Positions 58,149 to 64,000 of a stretch of 64,000 nucleotides of DNA are shown in pieces (the first letter of the stretch is position 1; each line of letters opens with the position of its first letter). The notes beneath the pieces were generated by a model. The model saw only the letters and a list, made by a program, of their open reading frames with translations. It was not told where the DNA came from and did not search any database. This DNA is from Bdellovibrionales bacterium (GTDB lineage: Bacteria; Bdellovibrionota; UBA1018). The stretch covers positions 10,557 through 74,556 of the forward strand of contig CANCQK010000002.1 of the NCBI GenBank assembly GCA_947380295.1, read 5' to 3'. The position numbers were made by a program, and so were the translations under genes.

Positions 58149-58604
58149 CTAGAGGCTAGGCTTCGATTCACCAGGCTCAGTGGCAAGCCCGACTCGGCTG
58201 ATTCCAGCTCTTTTTACTTCAGACATGACCTGAGCGATGAAGCCGTAAGGGAGTTTCTGGTCGGCCTGGATTACGATTTCGAGATTCGGTTTTGATTTCA
58301 CCATGGCTTCAAGTTTTTTAAAGAGTGTACCTGATGGAACTGGGTGATCCGCAAGGAGGATCTGTTTCGAGGGCTGGATTGCTAAAACGAGTTGGTCCGG
58401 CGTGTCATTGATTTGTCCCGCATTGGCCTTGGGGAGGTCGACTTGGAGCCCTTGCTGCATCAGGGGTGCGGAGATCATAAAAATAATGAGAAGCACGAGC
58501 ATCACATCGACCAGCGGTGTGACGTTGATTTCGGCCAAGGTCGTGGGGACGCTCTGAGAAAGTCCCCCTGAGTTTTGAGAGCGTCTGACTCCGTTCATTC
58601 CCAT
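58149..58604 (-). CDS. tolR: TolR/ExbD biopolymer transport protein
   Basis: INVTPLVDVMLVLLIIFM single transmembrane segment. 151 aa. Confidence 0.8.
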   Translation of the reverse strand: MGMNGVRRSQNSGGLSQSVPTTLAEINVTPLVDVMLVLLIIFMISAPLMQQGLQVDLPKANAGQINDTPDQLVLAIQPSKQILLADHPVPSGTLFKKLEAMVKSKPNLEIVIQADQKLPYGFIAQVMSEVKRAGISRVGLATEPGESKPSL

Positions 58605-58607
58605 GGT

Positions 58608-59312
58608 TCAGTTCCCTTTTTTTGAGGTGGAGAAGTTTCTCTGGATAATATTCATTAAATCCTGAGAGAAGCATTCCATTTCGACAGCAATTCGTCGAAT
58701 TTGGCCAGTAAAATAATTGTAGGCAACGACGGCCGGAATCGCAGCAGCAATCCCTGTCGCTGTAGTGATGAGTGCCTCAGAAATTCCGGGAGCAACGACC
58801 GCCAGGTTGGCTGCTCCACTTGCTCCAATACTTTGGAAGGCGTTCATAATTCCCCAAACGGTACCAAAGAGACCGATGAAGGGAGCCGCGCTCGCCGTGG
58901 TTGCTAACCATCCTAGGTTTTTCTCTAGGCTGCTCACTTCTTGAGTGGATGCTCGGAGGAGGGCGCGTTGAATATTGTCAACTTTTTCAAAGTGAGAAAG
59001 TCCTGAGGATTCAGTGCCAGAGATGAGTCTGAGTTCTCGAATGCCTTGATGAAAAATAGTAGAAATGGGAGACGTAGGGAGTCGGTCGGATTTGGAGAAT
59101 ACGTCTTCGATGCTCTTGCCAGTTTTGAAGAGATCCAAAAAGTCACTGTTGCTATTAAAGGCGGCCCTCATTGTTCTCCACTTAGTGAAGATGATGGCCC
59201 AGCAAACAATCGATGAAGCGAGGAGGAGAAGCAGGACAAGCTTTGCAACCCAGCTTGCCTCGGTGATGAGACTCAGTGTGTCAATGGCGTTGGTCGAGTG
59301 CGGTGTGGTCAT
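58608..59312 (-). CDS. tolQ: TolQ/ExbB (MotA/TolQ/ExbB proton channel)
   Basis: Three transmembrane segments; LGTVWGIMNAF motif. 234 aa. Confidence 0.85.
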   Translation of the reverse strand: MTTPHSTNAIDTLSLITEASWVAKLVLLLLLASSIVCWAIIFTKWRTMRAAFNSNSDFLDLFKTGKSIEDVFSKSDRLPTSPISTIFHQGIRELRLISGTESSGLSHFEKVDNIQRALLRASTQEVSSLEKNLGWLATTASAAPFIGLFGTVWGIMNAFQSIGASGAANLAVVAPGISEALITTATGIAAAIPAVVAYNYFTGQIRRIAVEMECFSQDLMNIIQRNFSTSKKGN

Positions 59313-59331
59313 GGTTTTTTAGGCCTTTCTC

Positions 59332-60309
59332 TCAGAGTTTCATCGTTTTGGAAAGTGACTTGGACTGAGTCCGAGTTTGTAATTCTCCAATTAAGGAACT
59401 TTTTCTTAGCATGCTTCGGAGTAGGTCGAGAATCAAGAGGAGTTGAAGAGTCCAGCTTGAAATCGGGCCTTCTAAACCTCCGCTTATGAAATGGAGCGCG
59501 TGAGTGGGTTTCACCATGAGGGCTCCGCTAAACTCGTTGCCCAAGATGGGGAGGCTTGCCAAGGGTTGAATGACAATGAGGCAAGCTGCCCAATAACCGG
59601 CTCCGCGTTCGAAGTTTTTGTCGGCTTGGGCTCGGAGTGATAGCGCGAGTGAGAGTAAATAGAGGGTGACCAAGTGCATCAGACTCAAATCAAATTGGAG
59701 TGCTTTGATTCCACAGTAAGCGAGGGCAATGAGCTGCATCCAAAGCCAGGTGGGGAGGTGACCTTTCAAGTAGCTAACGAGCTTAAATCGAAAAAGAAAT
59801 TCTTCTGAATAGACCAGTCCAGTCAGGGCAGCCATTCTGAGAATGAGATTTGCCAGTTCGAGCGGTGCTGCGCCGAATTGAATGAAAAGTCCTAAGTAAC
59901 GATAAGCTCCTTCAATCAAGAAAGCCAGGATGAACAAACCTGTGATGAGGGTTCCTTTTAGAAACGCAGGGATAAAAAATTTTTCAAATCGCCTTTTCTC
60001 AAAGATGGTTTGCCAAGAGATTGAGGTGATGGGATGAAGGCGCCAAATCAAAATCACAAATGCCACGGCAGAAAGTCCCATCAAGCTGACTTGGTTCGAG
60101 TACCAAAAGTCGTGAATATCTTGAAGTCCTGATCCGGGAGATCCCAAAAAGTAAGTGACGAACGACAGGCTGAGAAAGTGCACTGCCAAAACCCAAGCGG
60201 CATAAGAAACCGTTAGGATGATGGCCTGGTGGAGCCAGTTGGAGTGCAACAGAAATCTTTTCCACCGGCGTAGCGGGTGGCCGCCGTAGTCGCCGATTTC
60301 AACTGACAT
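59332..60309 (-). CDS. CPBP-family (CAAX protease-like) intramembrane metalloprotease
   Basis: Polytopic membrane protein with the SEEFLFRF (EExxxR) motif. Confidence 0.55.
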   Translation of the reverse strand: MSVEIGDYGGHPLRRWKRFLLHSNWLHQAIILTVSYAAWVLAVHFLSLSFVTYFLGSPGSGLQDIHDFWYSNQVSLMGLSAVAFVILIWRLHPITSISWQTIFEKRRFEKFFIPAFLKGTLITGLFILAFLIEGAYRYLGLFIQFGAAPLELANLILRMAALTGLVYSEEFLFRFKLVSYLKGHLPTWLWMQLIALAYCGIKALQFDLSLMHLVTLYLLSLALSLRAQADKNFERGAGYWAACLIVIQPLASLPILGNEFSGALMVKPTHALHFISGGLEGPISSWTLQLLLILDLLRSMLRKSSLIGELQTRTQSKSLSKTMKL

Positions 60310-60403
60310 AAATGTTCCCCTTGGTTTTATTATACTAAATAAATAACATTAAAAAAGTTGAAAAAATAAAAGTCGAGCTGCAAAATGGCTGAATGGGGGC
60401 TGC

Positions 60404-61084
60404 ATGCTCGTTCTAACAGAAGTTTCAAAGTGGTACCACGGACAATCGCGAATCTTTGAGAATGTCAGTTTTGAAATGAAAAAAGGAGATTTTCTCTATT
60501 TAGTAGGAGGTACGGGAGCGGGTAAGTCCTCGCTACTTCGGATGATTGCCACCGAAGAGTCACCGACATCGGGGCAAGTCTCCTTGTTCGGATACCCTCT
60601 CGCGACAGTTTCAGAAAGTACGCTACGAGCTATCCGTCAATCGATTGGCTATGTTCCACAAGGGACCCGACTGATTCCCGATTTGACTGTTTTTGATAAT
60701 GTGGCCCTGTCTCTTTCTCTAGCGGGACACCGGGTGATCTCGGCTGCCTCAAAAGCCAAGATTAGTGAGCTTCTTAATCGACTGGGATTGGAAAACAAGA
60801 GAGATCACCTCGCTTGTATGCTCTCGGGTGGAGAGGCCCAACGAGTAGCAGTGGCACGAGCGCTAGTTCGGACGCCAGAACTGATTATTGCAGATGAACC
60901 CACTGGGGCGCAGGACAGGGATTATACTTGGTCTTTGATGGATTTATTTCTCAAAGCGAATGTGGGTGGGGCCGCCGTGATCTTGGCAACTCACGATCGT
61001 GAAATTGTTCGGAGAGTTCGAAAACGCAGTGCCGTCTTACGCAAAGGGCAGGTTACACTGGAGGATGCAGCGTGTATTTATTAA
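60404..61084 (+). CDS. ftsE: cell division ATP-binding protein FtsE
   Basis: Walker A GGTGAGKSS; ABC signature LSGGEAQRVAVARAL. Followed by ftsX. Confidence 0.85.
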   Translation: MLVLTEVSKWYHGQSRIFENVSFEMKKGDFLYLVGGTGAGKSSLLRMIATEESPTSGQVSLFGYPLATVSESTLRAIRQSIGYVPQGTRLIPDLTVFDNVALSLSLAGHRVISAASKAKISELLNRLGLENKRDHLACMLSGGEAQRVAVARALVRTPELIIADEPTGAQDRDYTWSLMDLFLKANVGGAAVILATHDREIVRRVRKRSAVLRKGQVTLEDAACIY

Positions 61085-61965
61085 GGCTTGCTTTAAGACC
61101 ATGGCGCGTGGCGCCTTGGAGTCAGATTTTCTCAGCTCTGGCAGTTGGTTTTTTGCTCTTGCTAGCGGGTTTTTTGTTTTGGATGCAGGATGGCTTGAAG
61201 ACTGTTGTAGTCCGTCTCAAGGGAGAGCAGGTGATCACGGCCTATTTGCAGCCCTCAATTGAGTCTGAGGCTGTGAATCGAGTTTTAGATGATGTGCGTG
61301 GAGTTTTTGGAGCTGACGCAGGGGTTGCTGTTCAGCTCGTAGATCGAGCTGAGTTTTTGGCAGGACTCAAGGGCTCCTATCCAGAGTTGGTCCGCGATTT
61401 AGAAGACCTCGGTCAGCAGGTGAGTCAGGTCGTACCCCGGTATGTTTCTATTTCTGGAGTATTTGCGGCGAACAAATTAGACGCGGTTCGAAAGGTCTCT
61501 GGGATTGAGTCAGCTGAGGCATCAGGGGATCGATATCGTCCGATCGTAGGAGCTTTTTCTGCACTCCGTTGGATTGCGCGTGTCATTATGGTTGGAATTT
61601 GTTTTGCTCTTTTCACTGGGCTCATTCATTTGTCGCGTCTGAATGGTTACCTGCAACGAGATGCTTTGGGGATTTTACGCCTCTGGGGGGCTAGTTCGAT
61701 GTCTTTACTGGCCCCAGGATTGGTTTCAGGCTTACTTGTGGGAGCGCTTGGGGGCGTTTTGGCTACCTCGGGCTGGCTCTCCTTAGGTGCTGCGCTTGGA
61801 CGGCAGGTTCGTTCGCTTTCCCCAATTTTAAATCATCTGCCTGCCTTTTCTGCTCAAATGTCATGGATTCTTTTCTTGATAGGCGGGATTTCTGGGCTTT
61901 TGGCAGGTGTATTTGGGAGTCTTTCTGGGATTCAGCTCGATCGCCAGGAGGGGGGTCAGGGGTGA
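61072..61965 (+). CDS. ftsX: cell division permease-like protein FtsX
   Basis: Four transmembrane segments with a periplasmic loop. Overlaps the ftsE stop. Confidence 0.8.
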   Translation: MYLLRLALRPWRVAPWSQIFSALAVGFLLLLAGFLFWMQDGLKTVVVRLKGEQVITAYLQPSIESEAVNRVLDDVRGVFGADAGVAVQLVDRAEFLAGLKGSYPELVRDLEDLGQQVSQVVPRYVSISGVFAANKLDAVRKVSGIESAEASGDRYRPIVGAFSALRWIARVIMVGICFALFTGLIHLSRLNGYLQRDALGILRLWGASSMSLLAPGLVSGLLVGALGGVLATSGWLSLGAALGRQVRSLSPILNHLPAFSAQMSWILFLIGGISGLLAGVFGSLSGIQLDRQEGGQG

Positions 61966-63128
61966 TTCGGAGCATTCTTATCGGATTATCTTTGGTGAGT
62001 TTGACCTCGGCTTGGGCTGCTTCTGATGATGCGGCATCACGGCAGGCTTCGCCTCTATCGGACCAACTGATTCAAATCCGAAAAAAAATGGACGCGATTC
62101 AAAAGGATTGCTTTGCTCATCTTAAGGATCAGAAAAATGCTAGGATCGAGATTAGGAAAGTTCAGCAGTTAATGCAGCTTCAGAAGAGGCAGAAAGAGTT
62201 GGTTCTTAAAAAAATTCAAGACCTTGAAGCCACCATGGCGGATTTAGATTCTCGAAAGGTTCAGCTCGATGCAAAAGTCCAAGCTCAGCAATCTAAAGTG
62301 GTGCGTCTGATGAAGGCTCTTGAGGTTTCAAATCGTGAGGTGAAGTGGGTTGAGCCGCAGTCTGTGGCCCTCTCGCTATCGGGTTTTGAGAAGGCCGAGG
62401 CTCCCCGTCGCAGGGTAATTTCGCAGCTTGCAGATCTCGGGTTAAAAGAGCTCGAGGTTTTGCGGATTGACTTAGGGGACTTAGAGGGGCTTGAATCTGA
62501 ACTCCAAAACGAAAAACAGCAGATTGTCTACCTTTCTCATGAGGTCCAAGAGCAGGAGAGTGTCTTGGCGCTTAATCGGCAGCTTCAACTTGAAATTTTG
62601 AAAAAACAAAAGGCTCAGAGTCTTTCACAGCTTGAAAGCTATAGCAGGTTGAAGTCCTCCGAGAGTCAAGTCGAACGATTGATTGGCGGGTTCAATGCGC
62701 GAGCCGAGCTTGAATCGGTTGATCATGATGTGAGTTTTGCTAAACTTCGGGGCAAGCTCCCACTCCCGCTGGAGGGTGGAAAGGTGACTTCGACCTTTGG
62801 AAAAGGGTACGACCCGCTTTCAGGGTTGCAAATTTTTAAAAAAGGCGTTGAGATTTCAGGCACGAAAGCTCAGTCGGTGGTAGCTATCTCATCCGGAAGA
62901 GTGGCTTTTTCGGGGGAGTTGCCGAATTACGGCCAAGTCATTATTATTGACCACGGAGATCATTTTTACTCGCTCTTGGGTCATTTAGGGGTGGTTCTGA
63001 AGAAAGCAAAAGATCAAGTAAATATCGGGGACTCGATTGGGCAGACAGACTCAAGGGGAACTCCCGTTTATTTTGAGATTCGATCAAGAAACGTTGCAGT
63101 GAACCCATTGCAGTGGGTAATGAATTAG
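61962..63128 (+). CDS. envC: M23 peptidase-domain murein hydrolase activator (EnvC-like); probable GTG start overlapping the ftsX stop (GTGA)
   Basis: Signal peptide, long coiled coils, and a C-terminal LytM/M23 domain (GVEISG...GQVIIIDHGDHFYSLLGHL). The ORF is open from 61863. Confidence 0.7.
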   Translation: MIRSILIGLSLVSLTSAWAASDDAASRQASPLSDQLIQIRKKMDAIQKDCFAHLKDQKNARIEIRKVQQLMQLQKRQKELVLKKIQDLEATMADLDSRKVQLDAKVQAQQSKVVRLMKALEVSNREVKWVEPQSVALSLSGFEKAEAPRRRVISQLADLGLKELEVLRIDLGDLEGLESELQNEKQQIVYLSHEVQEQESVLALNRQLQLEILKKQKAQSLSQLESYSRLKSSESQVERLIGGFNARAELESVDHDVSFAKLRGKLPLPLEGGKVTSTFGKGYDPLSGLQIFKKGVEISGTKAQSVVAISSGRVAFSGELPNYGQVIIIDHGDHFYSLLGHLGVVLKKAKDQVNIGDSIGQTDSRGTPVYFEIRSRNVAVNPLQWVMN

Positions 63129-63145
63129 TTTAGCCTGGGGAGATC

Positions 63146-64000
63146 TATGTTCCAAATCGCAAAAAAAGTGACAATCTTTGGTTTCGTAATCCTGGTAGCT
63201 GGGCTCGGTGTTGAGATCGGTCAGAACTTTGCCAGACCTACGGCTGAGTCAGATATTGCCCGAATCTCCTCGGCGCTTGCCGCTGCCTCATCCACGGGAG
63301 AACAGGATCGATACGAAAGCATTGAGCTTTTTAGTCGAGTGCTCCAGTTCGTCAAAGCCAATTATGTCGATGAGGTCAAAAACAAGCAGCTGATCGAAGG
63401 CGCGATTAAAGGGATGCTGGAGACTTTGGATCCTCACTCAAATTTTCTCGCCGCTGATCTGTATAAGGACATGCAGACCGACACGAGTGGTAAGTTTGGC
63501 GGCTTGGGGATCGAAATTGGCATGAAGGACAATATTTTGACGATTTTGGCGCCGATCGAGGATACCCCTGCATGGAAGGCCGGACTGAAGCCGAACGATC
63601 GGATTGTGAAGATTAATACCGAAACCACCAAGGGAATGAACTTGATGGAAGCGGTGAGTAGAATGCGAGGCAAGCCCCGGACCGACGTGACTCTTGCTAT
63701 TTATCGCGAAGGATTTGATAAAATCCGGGATATTAAAATCACCCGCGATATTATTAAGATTCAATCTGTGAAGCACGAACTGCTTGAGTCTGCCTATGGT
63801 TATGTTCGTTTGACTACATTCAATGAGAGTGCAAGTAACGACGTGAAGAAGGCCATCGAGGAGATGAACAAAAAGACCAAGCTGAGAGGCCTGGTTTTCG
63901 ATCTAAGGACCAATCCGGGTGGGCTTTTGGACCAAGCCGTCGAAGTTGCCTCCTTGTTTGTCGATGACGGCGTGATCGTTTCTACCATTGGTCGAAACAA
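63146..64000 (+). CDS. ctpA: S41 family carboxyl-terminal processing protease (CtpA/Prc-like), 5' portion; continues past the window end
   Basis: My own translation from the ATG at 63146: ...LETLDPHSNFL..., PDZ segment GGLGIEIG...AGLKPNDRIVKIN, and LVFDLRTNPGGLLDQAVEVASLF (the S41 DLRxNxGG motif). Not in the ORF track because no stop codon falls inside the window. Confidence 0.85.

Noticed and set aside
63434-63776. Two minus-strand ORFs (79 and 112 aa) at the end of the window
   Set aside because: They are antisense to a clearly coding S41 protease (ctpA) frame that I translated from 63146.

Overview
This window is mostly a chromosomal housekeeping region at roughly 50% GC. The gene content (dense secreted zinc proteases, RCC1-repeat and ankyrin-repeat lipoproteins, Tol-Pal, ppk/ppx, folate genes) suggests a Bdellovibrio-like Gram-negative bacterium, but that is inference only.

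Confidently recognised genes: aroA, tsaD, rsmA/ksgA, smpB, rpoZ, ppx and ppk1 in tandem, lon, a threonine dehydratase, a folC / folK-folP fusion / folB cluster, glmM, a thiolase, tolQ-tolR-tolA-tolB on the minus strand, and ftsE-ftsX-envC followed by a partial S41 C-terminal processing protease that runs off the window end and is absent from the ORF track.

Four tRNAs can be read directly: Lys-CTT (+), Arg-TCT (-), Leu-TAG (-) and Lys-TTT (-).

Accessory or unusual content:
- A HigB/HigA-like toxin-antitoxin pair with a near-consensus promoter (0.8-1.4 kb).
- Two tandem, divergent paralogues of an AAA_14 ATPase with a C-terminal DUF4143 domain (10.2-12.8 kb), flanked by a 15-bp inverted repeat.
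- An AbiEi/AbiEii pair (51.2-52.7 kb) whose start codon lies inside a 25-bp, 24/25-matching inverted repeat.
- A pal / DUF4398 / cpoB-like trio located about 50 kb from tolQRAB.
- A protein fusing a 5'-nucleotidase-like domain, with its metal-ligand motifs substituted, to a tetra-heme cytochrome c.
- An M4-like secreted protease followed by a PepSY-like membrane protein.
- A cluster of HD-GYP (c-di-GMP) genes.

I found no CRISPR array, integrase or transposase. The most credible candidate for an undescribed system is the tandem AAA-DUF4143 pair.
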